A DNA stretch of 64,000 nt. Source: Callorhinchus milii (Eukaryota). Within the stretch, counting starts at the first letter, position 1; each line of letters opens with the position of its first letter. The notes below the pieces were generated by a model. The model ran no database searches. It was not told the DNA's origin and worked only from the letters and a program-made list of their open reading frames with translations. The stretch is from the NCBI RefSeq assembly GCF_018977255.1, contig NW_024704743.1, positions 114,764,001 to 114,828,000 on the forward strand, in the 5' to 3' direction. Position numbers and translations under genes: made by a program. Of the stretch, positions 36,870 to 49,539 are shown piece by piece.

Positions 36870-38110
36870 TATCAGCCTGGCTCAGTTGGTAGTAGTCTCA
36901 TCCAGTCAGAAGGTTGTGGGTTCAAGCTTCACCTTGTAACATTGAATTCACAGTTTAAGAGGAGCACTGCATTAGCAGAGATGCTGTCCTTTGAATGAAA
37001 TGTTCAACCGAGGTCCCATCTGTCCGCCTCCAATTCATCTAAACAAATGGCTTCTCCTCTAGCCTCTGCACAGTCTCGTGCGGGGTTCTTCAGGGCTCTG
37101 TCATTGGTCCAAACTTCTTCAACATCTATATGCTCCTTCTTGGTAACATCATCCATAGACATGGGGTCAACTTCCACGTGTATGCAGATGAAATCCAACT
37201 GGACCTCTCTGCCTCCACCCTTGACTCCAGGACCGATGCTGTCCTGACACAATGTCTGTCAGACATCAAGTCCTGGATGAGAGCTAACTTTCTTCAGTTG
37301 AACGTCAACAAGACCGAGGCTCTCCTGACTGACTCCCGTCAGCGCCTCCTTACCTCAGGCGCTTGGCAGCATCACCATCCATGGTTGCACACTCCACCTT
37401 GCTAAGCCAGACCGGAACCTTGGCAACTTGTTTGACTCTCAACTATCCTTTCTACCCCACATCCGTGTCATGACCCACTCTGCCTTCCCCCACCTCCGCA
37501 ACATCGCCCAGTTCCACCACTGTCTCACACCGCAGGCCACGAAAACCTTCATACACGCATTCATCACATTCAGGCTTGACTATGCAAACTCCTTGCTTGT
37601 CGGTCGCCCCAACTCCTCCCTCCATAGGCCGCAGATCATCCAGAACTCTGCAGCCAGAACTCTGCAGCCCATGTCCTCTCCTGCACCAGGCTCCGTGACC
37701 CTATTACCCCCAGCTTTGATCACCCTGCTTCCCCCCCTTGCCTTCCACTCTCCCCAATCCTGATCCCCAGCTCGGGTCCGAAACACTGATTGAATAGCAC
37801 CTTGGGATAGCCTCCCGATGTGAATGGCACTTTACAAATGTAATATTGTTGTTATTAATTTGTGCTTTATAGATCCCTTAACACTATGTGAAAAGACAAG
37901 CGAGTTTCTCCGGCTGTCGTGGCCAACAATCGTCCAAATAAAATTGGGCATTCACTTAATAACTGATGTTGGGACGCTGTGTGCATAAATTAACTGCTAT
38001 GTTTACCTGCAAAATACACAGCCATTACACTTTACAGTAAATCCTGTGAAGGGCTTTGAGATGTCGTCCCGACGTGAAAGGCGATATGGCAAATGCAAGG
38101 ATTATTATAT
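36870..38110 (+). mobile_element. Family B Deu SINE split by an L2 insertion (parts ~36870-37028 and ~37868-38110)
   Basis: The head and Deu 5' part end at gaggtcccatctgtccgc; the SINE resumes at tagatccc...ggccaacaatc...L2 tail. Confidence 0.75.
37033..37855 (+). mobile_element. L2 LINE, 5'-truncated and frameshifted, related to the 101-1635 copy
   Basis: LGNIIHRHGVNFHVYADEIQL, FLQLNVNKTEALL, RLDYANSLL, QIIQNSAAR; terminal gcaccttgggata..tcccgatgtgaatggcac..ttgttgtt. Confidence 0.9.
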
Positions 38111-38599
38111 GATTATTTACATAGATCACTGTCAAAATTATGCCCGACTTCTCCTTCCCCAAACAAAAAGAAGTTTGCCAGACACTTCCCCCCACCCCCA
38201 CACAGACAGTGTCTCTTTAACTGTAACACTGGAATCCAGATTGAAGACTGCCAGAGGCTAACCTGTGGTCACCATTGCGGGTTACATTATAACACAGACT
38301 GCAGTTCTGTACAGTCGCTCTCCACTGCACGGTAGATCCCTGCTGACACTACTCCTATTATAGTGTTACTCAAAAGGTTATAATTTGAAGCAGAATTAGG
38401 AAAGCCTATAACAACCTGAACTAATCTGCGGGCCACATCTGACACACTGTGCTGTCTGGTTGAAAAAAACAGAGGTGGGAGGGGAGCAGACTGGACTCTG
38501 GATGCCCAGATGGATATTGACATCCACCCATTGCCAGCAGCCTGGCTTAGTGCCCAAGCAAACAGCACAGCTGGACTGTCCATGGCACCATGTAGCCAG

Positions 38600-39093
38600 A
38601 CTCCTCTGCTCTGTATGTGTATGTGTGTGTGTGTGTGAAAGCAAAGCCTCACTGAAGCAATGAGTCAGTGAGTGCCACACAGCAACACGAGCAATGCTTT
38701 CTGCTGGCAGAGATGTACACACACACACTGCAATAAGTTTGGTTCTTTCCTTGTGGGTGCAGAGGGAGTGGAGTAGATCGCCTCTTTTCCTCGCTCAAGT
38801 TGCAGCCCCCTCTCTGCCCAGATCACATGCTGTAGCTTCAGCTTTTGCAAACACTCCCCCTCTCTCACCCCCCCCCCAACTTTCACACGTTCCTGCCAGA
38901 TTGATCTCAACTTGCAGGAGCTCCACTGCTCAGGAAAGAGCTCTGTCACAGTTGCTGGCTCTGCTTTACCTTTTTCTTTCCCCTCCCCTCAATGGAAAAA
39001 TTTTAACACATTTATTTTTTTGTTAACTGGTGGGACAGCTCAGATGAGAACCACAGAGTTGACAACAGCAAACAAACCTTATTTTCCATAGGT
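38600..39093 (+). promoter_or_regulatory. Candidate CPA6 proximal promoter / 5'UTR
   Basis: TE-free sequence just upstream of the CPA6 ATG, with a (TG)n tract and an AP-1 consensus TGAGTCA at 38661-38667. Positional inference. Confidence 0.35.
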
Positions 39094-39212
39094 ATGGAGC
39101 ACTGTACAAGAACCAGCCTGCTAGCAGCAGCTCTATTGCTGATTTCAGTGAATCTCTTGAGTCTGCACAACAGCAGTGTCCAAGGTTTCCTCTACAATAA
39201 TCGCTATTCAGG
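39094..39212 (+). CDS. CPA6: Carboxypeptidase A6 coding exon 1 (signal peptide)
   Basis: MEHCTRTSLLAAALLLISVNLLSLHNSSVQGFLYNNRYS(G): hydrophobic signal peptide followed by LYNNRYSG (human CPA6 LYNNRYAG). Phase-2 donor GG|GTAAGT. Not in the ORF track. Confidence 0.93.
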
Positions 39213-40514
39213 GTAAGTCTTGCTGGATAGCATTTTCTAACTTACTCCCATCACCTGAACGTCCTGCACTTACTGATGCCTTTAGGGCTATGGGTAAGTG
39301 CAAAGCTTGATCATTGGTACTTGTATATATATATAAATAGATATAAATTATATAAATATATATAAATTGCCTCCTATTTTATTTTGAAACGCAATGAATA
39401 CCCGACAGTAGTTATACAGTAATCCAATGCAGTGGTTCGGACTATATGTATTATGAGAGACAAGCCAGAGACTTTTACTTAACTGATCTGAATCCAGAAA
39501 GTGGACTACTATACTGAATAGTTTGGGCTTATTCAGAACTCTTTCACCCACCCCCCCCAAACATGTATACCTACTAAAAGGCTGATTTATTTCATGGAAA
39601 TATTTTTTTATGAATAGCAATTGCATACAGGTATGTGTCACAGCGAATAGTAGCATAAAAATAACTCACCTGTATTTTATTCTGGGGATCCACATCAGCG
39701 TATCTTTTACTGAAGCTAATAATAATAATCCTTACGTTGGAGATAGCTCCTTATCATGTTGTTGAGACGACTCAAAGTGCTTCACAGAATATATGTTGTG
39801 TATCTATCTCATAGTTTCAGCATCTATGTGGGACAATGCTATTTCAAATGGGGCTTCAGTAAACTAGTCAGTAAAGCAGTGCTTCCCTGCCCTGTTAGTC
39901 CCTAATTGATGAGCCCAGAAAGTTATGGCAGAAGTGGAAGATGTTGTTGTTTTGAACACGTCTCATAGTGATGTGGGCGAGGATATGGTGAGTGTTTTTT
40001 TTAACCAAAAAAACAGGAAATCAAAAAGGTGTTCCGCAAACTTATATTCTACATTTTACAAATTTGCATAAACACACTGTGTGTCTATGTAACTTTATAT
40101 AGCTATATATATTTATTCTGTGGTCTAATTTGCGGTATTTCTTAACAGGATTCCTAAATAAGGAATCTGAGTTGTGTAAATGGGACTTCTTCTGGTAACT
40201 ACAAGTACATAACAAGAACTCAGCTCCATTGTGATCTACTTTTACACTGCAGATTGTGTATCCACGGGAACTTAACAGTATTCCTTATTTATTCTCAGTG
40301 TACAGTATAAACTGGATGCAGCGACAATAATTTGCATTTATATTGCGCCCTTCGCTCTAGGTAGCATCTCAGAGGGTTTAATAATGGTGTAGTTTGACGG
40401 TAAGATGGGAAGAAAGGTGACCACAGGCACGGTCAAAGAGGGAAGTCCAGGTTTGATCTGAAAATGGGCAAGGAGTGGTAAAGCAGAGGGACTAGTAAAT
40501 TGGCCACTTCTATC

Positions 40515-40805
40515 TACGACTGTTTGTGGGACACTGCTGTGCGTAATTAGCAGCCACGTTTCGCCCACAAATATACAGTCAATTCACTTTACATTGTATT
40601 CTGTGAAGCGCTTTGAGGCGTCTCGAAGACGTGAAAAGCGCTATATCAAATGCAAGGATTATTATTATTACAGCGGCTGATATATACAATGGAAATATTA
40701 TATGGGCAGGGCGAAACCTTAGGCAAGTTACCTTACTCCAAATGCTTCTGTTTACCTAGCAGTAAGTAGGAACCCGGTTGTTAGTCAATTGGTTGATCGC
40801 TTTGC
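40515..40805 (+). mobile_element. Family A SINE tail (40515-40670) followed by an isolated CORE-like middle fragment (40705-40805)
   Basis: Near-consensus tail, then ggcagggcgaaaccttaggcaagttaccttactcc...gtttacctagcagtaagtaggaacccgg. Confidence 0.8.
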
Positions 40806-41349
40806 AGGGGCAGTGGTTTCTACCAGTGCAGTTAGCAAGTGGTCTGGTCTTCTCGGATAATCCTTGACACCAGGTGAAGTGCAATGACCAAAAAGAGTAT
40901 TATAGCTGAAGGTATTATTCACCAAAAGAGATTGAAAGCAATCAAATCCTCTCAAACCTGCTGTCAAGACTTATTTTCTTTGTCAGTTAATGATGAACAC
41001 CATTCTATTTTGCAAAAAAGTACTATGACCTGTTCACATGGGTTTCTATGTATTTTTACTCTGGTTTGCCTGTCTTTGCCAGCAATTAATATACAGCAGT
41101 ACAAGAATAACTCATCCAGATTTTATTCTGGATATATATTATTAGTATTATTATTTTTAGCAAATTTGTGGACCTACTGATTTCTGAATCCCTGTGGATT
41201 TATCCTGTTTCAAATGAGGCACTAGTAAAATAGTCACTGAAGGATTGGTAAGCACAGCTTTGTTCAAAATCTTTGTGCATAGTCCACTTAACATAAGTTC
41301 AGCAAATTCAATCTAAAGAAAAGAGACAGAAAACATCTGACAAATGTAT

Positions 41350-41582
41350 AATAGTAATAATAATCCTTACATTTCATGCCTATACAGGTTATTCTGTAAA
41401 GTGTAGTGATTGTGTATTTTCTGGGCCAATGCAACAGCCAGTTGCATACAGCAATGTCCCACAAACATTTACTGGCCAGGACACCAGGAGAAACTACCTT
41501 CTGTTTTCGAACAGTGCGTGGGATCTTTAACGTCCACCTGAATAGGCAGAGAAGACCTCAGTTTAAAGTCTCATCCAAAGAC
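41350..41582 (-). mobile_element. Family B Deu SINE, 5'-truncated
   Basis: ggccaggacaccaggagaaact...gggatctttaacgtccacctgaataggcaga...gacctcagtttaa. Confidence 0.75.
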
Positions 41583-41704
41583 AAGCTATGCGATTTTAGC
41601 TGGTTAGACTCCAGCAGTACCTGAGGTCTTCAGGCCTTGGCTCTTGCCACCCTGTACCTAATAGTTTCCGGAATTAGGTAAGCAGGATTCATCCCTCCAG
41701 GGAG

Positions 41705-41850
41705 AGAGTGAGCATTCCATTCCAACAATCTACCTCTGGGATTGCTATGTGTGGGTAGGATGCATGGAAATCTCAGATAGGTTTGGATACTCATAAGAAT
41801 GGTCGTGGGTTTCCACGCGAGTCCAGACATCTGCCTGACCAAAAAAAAAA
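41705..41850. repeat. Unclassified ~140 bp interspersed repeat, copy 1
   Basis: Aligns by eye with 47481-47620 (attccattccaacaatcta.ctctgggatt...tggaaatctcag...ggtttggatactc...ctgaccaaaa). Confidence 0.75.
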
Positions 41851-42900
41851 TCTGTGGATAATGTATTTTACACAAAGCAATTAGACCTGTAAACTCTGCT
41901 GCTGCCTTTAGGTGAAATGTGAGTGTGGACTGACTGTATTCCAAATCCTGAGCATTAAGTATAGTAGATACACTCCCTGGATTCACTGACACATTTAGAT
42001 CAAGTAATAAACTGAGCTTGTGAAGTTTACAGAGTTCAGAGCTATTGTCTGAGTCTCAAAGTTGAAATCACGTTCTTGAATTCACTCCATTATATTATTT
42101 TCTGTGTAACATACACCATGGAGTTGATTGGAACAGTCTTATTTCATTTCCATTCTTTGTTGTTGCTGGTAGATATTTATGTTGTAAATTGATGCACCAC
42201 TTACCCTTCACAATAATCCTTGCATTTGATATTGTTTCTTTCACATCAGGAGGATGTCTCAAAGTGCTTCACAGGATTCACTATAAAGTGTAGTGACTGT
42301 GTATTTTGTAGCCGGAGATTCTTAGGGAATGTGATAACACCCACATTAAAGAATGAATAACTGTAATAATAATAACAAACAACAACCTGCATTTATATAG
42401 TGGCTTTCATGGTGATTAGCATTCCGGAGCATTCATAATAATAATCCTTGCATTTGATTTAGCGCCTGATCACATCGTTCACATCGTTGAGACATCCCAA
42501 AGCGCTACACAGAATATACCGTAAAGTGAATTGGAAATAAAACTGTAAATACATAAAATAATATTGTAAAGTAAATTTAAATACAAATTCACTGACGGGT
42601 CTGTCACAGGATAATTTGGAGATGATTATCTAAAAATCTACCTTTTTGGCTGCATCTTCAATCACGTACTCTCACTCCCACATTTCATCCAAAGGACAGC
42701 ATCTCTGACATTGCAACCCTACCCCAGCACTATATTGCAGGATCTGCCTCGTCAGTGAGTTGCAAGCCCTGACATGGGACTTGAACCCTTCTGATTCAGA
42801 GGTGAGAGCGCTACCAACTGAGCCAGGTTAACACAAGTATTTACCCAGCTCCAACAGCGATTTGTGGTTAGACATCCAAATTCTAGCATCTCTATGTGTT

Positions 42901-43254
42901 TAATAATAAAAAAGAATCTTTGCATTTGATATAGCACCTTATCATGTTTTCTAGACATCTCAAAGCACGTCACAGAATATACTTTATATATTTTGTGGTG
43001 AAATGTGGCAGTCAATTGTGCACAACAGTGTCCCACAATTGTGGATTGAGTGACCAATTTATTTTTTTTGAAGGAATTATTACCCCTGGAAAAACGATCT
43101 GCCAATCGACTAACAACTGGGTTCCTACATACTGCTAAGTAAACAGAAGCTTGTGGAGTAAGGAAAATTGCCCAACGTTTCGCCCTGCCAGGAATCAAAC
43201 CAGGTCTCTCGCTTGCAAGGCGAGTGCTCTAATCAATGAGCTACACGATTCCAC
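42901..43254 (-). mobile_element. Family A SINE, long variant
   Basis: Reverse strand full head, CORE-like segment, gtcgattggcagatcg segment and tail. A family B head fragment lies just left (~42680-42830). Confidence 0.87.
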
Positions 43255-43846
43255 ATAAATATGAAAGAAATATTTCAACATTCTTCTGCTGATAATCCTC
43301 AATTTACATGTTGCAGGGCAGAAGACTTCAGGGTCATAGTTATTTAGAAACTAACCCGATTTCTTTACACTTGTTTCTTGTTGACCTATAACCAAAATGG
43401 TGAAGTGATTTGCAAAGGAAGAACTCACAAGGGAAAAGTTCCCTTTCATTACAAGCAGTGTTGTGAATGTTTGAAGATAATTGGACTCTTTGTGCTGTGA
43501 CTGAATTGGGATGAATGAATGTGCTGTTTGTTTTGGTGCTTCTATATTTGTGTTACACATACCTGTGAAGAGATCGTGAAATTCTGCCATAAAGTTAGTG
43601 GTGCTTTTGACACCATTTGGAGAGCGGAATAAAACAACTAGTCTTAAAATCAACATTGTTTGTGGTGTTAAGAAATCAATGTTATTAACTTAAAACCTTA
43701 ATTGACCTTAATTAACAGATGGGTTAACCGTTAATTTGTTTTGTAATTTCTGCTTTAAGAACAGTGCAGTAACGCCTTATCATGTCATTGAGACATCTCA
43801 AAGTGCTTCACAGGATATACTGCAAAGTAAATGAACTGTGTATTTT

Positions 43847-44235
43847 GTGGAATCCTGTAGCTTAGTGGTTGGAGCACTCGCCTCATAAGTTAGAGGACCT
43901 GGGTTGAATTCCTGGGCAGGGTGAAACGTTGGGCAAGTTTCCTTACTCCATACACCTCTGTTTGCCTAGCAGTAAGTAGGACTCTGGTTGTTAGTTGATT
44001 GGTGGATCGCTTTTCCGGTGGTATTAATTCCTTCAAAACGACAAATGTATTTTAAAAAATAATAATAATTTGTTCACTCAATCCACAACTGTTTGTGAGA
44101 CACCTCAGTTGGCTGCTGCATTTCACCCACAAAATACAGTCAATACACTTTACAGTATATTCTGTGAAGCACTTTGAGATATCTGGAAGATGTGATAAGG
44201 CGCTATATCAAATGCAGGGATTATTATTATTATAA
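43847..44235 (+). mobile_element. Family A SINE, long variant, full length
   Basis: gtggaatcctgtagcttagtggttggagcactcgcctcataag head through ggcgctatatcaaatgcagggattattatt. Confidence 0.9.
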
Positions 44236-45879
44236 TTTACGGTTGATACACATTGGCGTAAACTTGCTAAATTCTACCATAAAAGGGACCAACATGGCAA
44301 ATTGGACAGCAGGTAGTGTGGAGCACATATTCCTTTAAGTGAAACTTTATTGTTTTCAGCTACTGCTGTCTTCAGCTATAACTCTCTGTCTCTTTGACAA
44401 ACATTCGTTCTGCGTGCAGTGCACCCTCTTAACTGACCTTCCTCTGGAGTTAACAATTGAGAGACTGTCTACATTCAATCACAGTCTCCATTACTGAACA
44501 GGGAGGAGTTACAAATGGAACCAGTGCGTTTTCTTTCTTGATAACAATCTTTCTCTGAACAAAGCAATTTACCTTCGCGACTACACAGGCTGCCGCATTT
44601 CGCCCACAAAATACACAGTCAATTCACTTTACAGTATATCCTGTGAAGCTCTTTGAGATGTCTCAATGACGTGATAAGCCATTACATCAAATACAAGGAT
44701 GATTATTATTATTACAAGTAATAATTCTTGGTAATTCTAGAGTGAGGAAGGGATTATAGTCACTCTATCTTCAGTTTCTGAAATAAGCTATCTTAAAGAT
44801 TTTGTGAAGGCAGCAGCTCATCTTCTTTCAGAAAAGAGCAGTAGTAGATACTCTGTGTCGACATAAAGCAGGTTCTCAAAATGCTTTTAGAGCAAACCTC
44901 TCAAATCCTATTTCTAGAACTGTTGGTCATCATACTATAAGCACCAGGAAGGATATTTGGTACTCATGAACAAATCCAGAATTTCCTTCGAAGTGCTGGA
45001 GTTACTTGGCTGTGAATGGGCACCTAATGATCCCAGTCATTGCATCATATTGTTCCACATGCTGACCTGTGGAACCACATTGAATGTACCCCACCACCAG
45101 ATGTATAAAGCACACGAGAATTCAATACCATTCACAATGCAAGTTGCCTTCATGTCAGTTCCTACTTTTCTCAGGGAACCCATTACACTTTTTCTCTTCA
45201 TCCTCTCAACTGCAATATCCTTTTAATCGAGTGGTTTTGTAACGCAATAGACGTAGCATGGCCTCTGTAGGCAACAGATTCCAATAATTTGCTAGTTGCG
45301 TGCGGGTTGAATCTCTTCCTGTTCCATCCTCAGGCAGCTCCTCCCTGTACGGAGGTCCAAGCGAAGAGACCTTGTAATCTTAATAAATAAGCAGACAAAG
45401 GGCCCTTCGCGTGCCAGACTGTGATTGCACACATCTCTACCCATTTGCTGTAAACTTCTAGTGAAGATGTGTGCCTCTCCCAGAATATTTGAGATCAAAT
45501 GAATTGGTGTAAAACATTTGGCTCCCAGAGTTTCATTCCCCCCCACCCCCCATATTTGATCTAAATGGCACCATCTAGAAGTAATTTGGGTTATGCATTT
45601 GCAAAGATTTGGCTCAAATTTATTCAGGATTTGAGAGTGTAATTTTCCAATTTGGACAAGCTCAAATTGGCATCATCTGTTTTATTTGCATTTCGGCTGT
45701 TAAGCTTAAATTACCTGCTGGCTTATTTGCTCAGTGTATAACAGCCCAAGGAGAAACATATCTGGGAATTTCCTTTAGGTGCCGGTTGTATCAGTGTATT
45801 CCATTTGCAAGTGAAAAGCAATAACTGGTATACAAGTAGAGATCAAATAATAATTCAATACCATTTACAATGCAAGTTG

Positions 45880-46260
45880 CCTTCATGTAGTGCCTTTCAC
45901 GTCGGAAGGACATCTCACTGCTGGCTGGGCACTCAAGCTGGGGGTGGGAGCCAAAGTGCGTAGGGAGGGGAAGGATGACTGAAAGCGAGGTCAAAGAGGT
46001 ACGTCTTGAGACAGACCTTGAATGAGGGAAGGGAGCGAATGAGTTTTAAGGACTTCAACAACAACAACAACAACAAGATTCCATTTATAGAGCGCCTTTC
46101 ACGTCGGGAGGACGTTCCAAGGCGCTGAAAAGATGGAGTTACAGAGAAAGAAGCAGAATGGCTGAAAGCCTGCCCTCTAATGGTGGGACGGAGAGGGCGG
46201 TGAGACATGAAGAAGGCTGGTGCTTGCTGAACGAAGGGAGTGTTTGGCTTCATCAGGTTG
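45880..46260 (-). mobile_element. Old L2 3' fragment with a young L2 tail (46056-46126) inserted in the same orientation
   Basis: Reverse strand RPTIRGQAFSHSA ... SFKVCLKTYLFDLAFS; the insert (CAA)n gattccatttatagagcgcctttcacgtcgggaggacgttccaaggcgctg is nearly identical to the terminus of the 101-1635 element. Confidence 0.8.
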
Positions 46261-46729
46261 AAGGCATTCTCAACAGGAGTGTAGAGCAAGACCATGGGGC
46301 AATTCTGGCAAGCCAGCTACCCCAATGCCAATAGTGGCACCGTAGTGAAGCTGTTGGAACACCTCAGCCATAATAACCTGCTGAGCAGCTGCTAATTTGG
46401 CTTCAGATCAAACGGTCAACTCATGACTGATGACAGTTTCAAGCTGGGTTGAGCTTGCTGCCCATGGTACTGTTGTAAAGAGCAACAACTTGCACTTACA
46501 TGGTGCCTTTCATGTAAAAGGACATCTCAGACAAATGCACTGATTGTCACTGAGGCATTACTTAATTGAGGTTTAAAGTTGTTGATCAGTGAGAGATGTG
46601 TTTTTTCAAGGAAGAGTGAGAGGTAGCAAAGTAAAGCAATGATTGTAAGAGAGCTCCTGAGTATCATTAGTGTCTAGGACCAAGTTCAGCATACAGCTGT
46701 GGTGTGCAAAGCGTCTATATTGGTACTTT

Positions 46730-47320
46730 GGTGGCTTAATACTTGTCCAGTAGAGTAAGGCAAGTGGAGAATAAGCAATAGAGCAGAGTCTGAGGAACAG
46801 AGGGCATGAACTGGAGAAGATTACAGGGTGAAATAAGCCTGGAGAAATCTAAGATTAGGACAAAGATTAGGTATTGGAGAATGGAGCTGGAGAGGTGAGT
46901 GCAGAGAGCATTGGAAACATCTACCCTACTGATGGCAAAAGCACAAAAGAAAGGTTTGGGCAGCAGTGCGGTGAGGAAATGGTTTAAGGAGGCAGCATTC
47001 CGAGGTGGGGGGTAACATTCCGGAGGTGGAGGTAACATTACAGGGGTGGGGATAGAGGTAACATTCCAGAGGTGGACAAAATGGTCTTGAAGATGCACTA
47101 GATGTGGGATTTGAAACTCAGCTCAGGGTCATGCAGAATGCTACTGTTGTGCATCCACCTGGTTGAGCCTGAGAGAGTAGCCAGAAATGTTGATGGAATT
47201 GGAGCCAGATGCACTTGGGTTCTGGCAACCAAATAAAATTACATTTACTTACAGAAAGTTGCTGCTCATCCAAGACCTAATGACAAGCAGGCAGTCAAAC
47301 ATTGTCTGAGTGATCACATT
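46730..47320 (-). mobile_element. Highly decayed L2 RT fragment
   Basis: Reverse strand ctgcttgtca..ggtcttggatgagcagcaactttct (CL..I.SWMSSNFL), tgaccctgagctgagtttc (DPELSF) and agtagggtagatgtttccaatgctct (SR.D.SNAL). Confidence 0.65.
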
Positions 47321-47480
47321 CTTTTTCCTAATGATGCTCTTGTATAGAGCAGTTATACCCCTGCCCGAGGACAAACCAATGACAGAATTATTGTAGCCAT
47401 ACAACAAAAACAACAATTTGCACTTAACTGGTGCTTTCCACTTGGTTTAACCATCTGAAGATCTTCACAAAAACGATGGG

Positions 47481-47620
47481 GTGGGTATTCCATTCCAACA
47501 ATCTATCTCTGGGATTTCCATGTGTAGGTGGGCTACCTGGAAATCTCAGTTTGGTTTGGATACTCTTAAGCACGGTGATGGGTTTCTGCATGTGTCAGAC
47601 ACCCAGCTGACCAAAATAAA
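47481..47620. repeat. Unclassified ~140 bp interspersed repeat, copy 2
   Basis: Same-orientation match to 41705-41850. Confidence 0.75.
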
Positions 47621-48783
47621 TTTAGCAGCGTTGATCAAACAAGCGCAGTTGGAGAGTTGGTGGATGAATGGTGTTATTTTCAGGCCGTATACAAGTTACT
47701 AATTTTGTTGAGAAAGATAAATTGTGTTGTCCACCTACTCCTCATTTACAATTTATGGCTTTCTAATCACAGTTGACCACAGTGGGTCAAACAAGTATCA
47801 AGATACCTAGAAAAGCTGTCAGAAGTGAGAGAGAATCCTTTAAGACAGCTTAGACCTACTTCTCAATATTATGCTATAATTGGTTTACTTGGAGGTAGTC
47901 TCAAAACTCAGCTGTGCACTAATGCCATGCTGTACAAAAGCATTTCGGCATTAAAAATGTTACTTAAAAAACTTTAAATTGTTGGGATTGATTGGAAAAC
48001 ATGGGAGAGTTGATCTTTCATCTCAATGATTCTTTGCATGATTAAAGAGGAACTGTTTGGTAAATCCACAAGTGGCAACTGCTCAGGGAAGCAACTGCAG
48101 TCACTTGCTTTTTAATCAGTGAGCAGTGCATTTCTCTTAGGATTTAGGTACAGAAGAAATGTGTTTCCACACACCGAGGCTTACTGTGTGTTTGAATTAT
48201 TTACAATTTTTTCAGCTCTAATACTTTTCCTTGATGTTCGGTGATGAAATTAGATGAAGCAAAAGCTGGATCTGAGATGAGTTTTGAGGGGGAATACAAA
48301 AAATTGAAGATTTTGATGAGACTGAATGCGAATGCAATGTTTGGCTCAAAGGGGGAACCAATAACCAGCTGTTCTAAATAAATTGGAATTTGCAACTAAC
48401 CTCTTTGTTTTATTTTTAATTGATAAGTGAAGAGCAAGAAATTAAAAAGTCTCTATTCGGGAGTCAATGAAGTGGGTCATGATCTGGTGGTGTGGAAAAA
48501 GAGAGTCCAAACATTTCTGCTGAGAAATTGAAGCTAAGAATGGAAATTAAGGTGAGGTTATTTTAGTGATCTGATAATAGAACTAGGTGTCTTTTTTTTA
48601 ATGGGTAGCGTTAAAGACCTCAATTCAAAATGCTTATGTACTAACTCCAGATTTCCTTCCTGAATTTCCATCACAATCCAGTTTCCAATTGATCATTACT
48701 GCAGTGTCCAACTGCTATAAGGTAAGTGGAGCCATTTAATGAGTGGTGACCAGCTAATGAGCATTTTATCACATTGACCAGGT

Positions 48784-49205
48784 AATAATAATAATAATCC
48801 TTGCATTTAATATAGCGCCTTATCATGTTGTCTAAATGTCTCAAAGTGCTTCACAGGATAAACTGTAAAGTGTAGTGACTCTGTGTTTTGTGGGTGAAAC
48901 TCAGCAGCCAATTGTGTACAGCAACGTTCCACAGACAGCCATGGATTAAAGTGACCGAATTGTTATTTTTTAAGGGATTGTTACCCCCAGTAAAGTGATC
49001 CGCCAAATGACTAACAAGCGGGTTCCTACTTACTGCTAGGTAAACAGAGGTGTGTGTGTGTGTATGTTTGTGTGTGTGTGTGTGCGTGTCTGTGTGTGTG
49101 GAGTAAGGAAACTTGCCTAAGGTTTCGCCCTGACTACCCAGGAATCGAACCCAGGTCCTCTTGCTTGCGAGGCGAGAGCTCTAACTACTGAGCTACAGGA
49201 CTCCA
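48784..49205 (-). mobile_element. Family A SINE, long variant, with internal (TG)n expansion at ~49050-49100
   Basis: Full head on the reverse strand (anticodon loop ctcgcaa) and tail; the ccacacac stretch is expanded to ~50 bp of CA repeat. Confidence 0.9.
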
Positions 49206-49260
49206 TATATGACTTCTAATCGCAATTAGTATTGAACGCTCTTTATCACATTGCAAAGCA

Positions 49261-49539
49261 CTTCACAGAAATTACCATCAAGTACAGTGTGTGTTCCTTA
49301 TTGCAAGGAGGTCACGGATTTATTCGTGTTCGAAATAAATGCTACCTGCTCTGCCGTCTCAGTGTGATGAGTGCCTTGCTGGCAGATTGGGAAGATAGGA
49401 GTCACGAAAGGGGGATTGGATAATCAGGAGGTGGTTTGGGAGGTCGAGGGGGCACATAGCATTTATTTTGAACACTAACAAATCCGTGACCTCCAGGCAT
49501 AAAGAACACTCACTGTACTTGAGGGTAATTTCTGTGAAG
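49261..49539. repeat. Inverted repeat, ~84 bp arms (49261-49344 and 49457-49539), ~112 bp spacer
   Basis: Left arm cttcacagaaattaccatcaagtacagtgtgtgttcc...ggaggtcacggatttattcgtgttcgaaataaatgcta is the near reverse complement of right arm tagcatttattttgaacactaacaaatccgtgacctcc...cactgtacttgagggtaatttctgtgaag. Confidence 0.9.
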
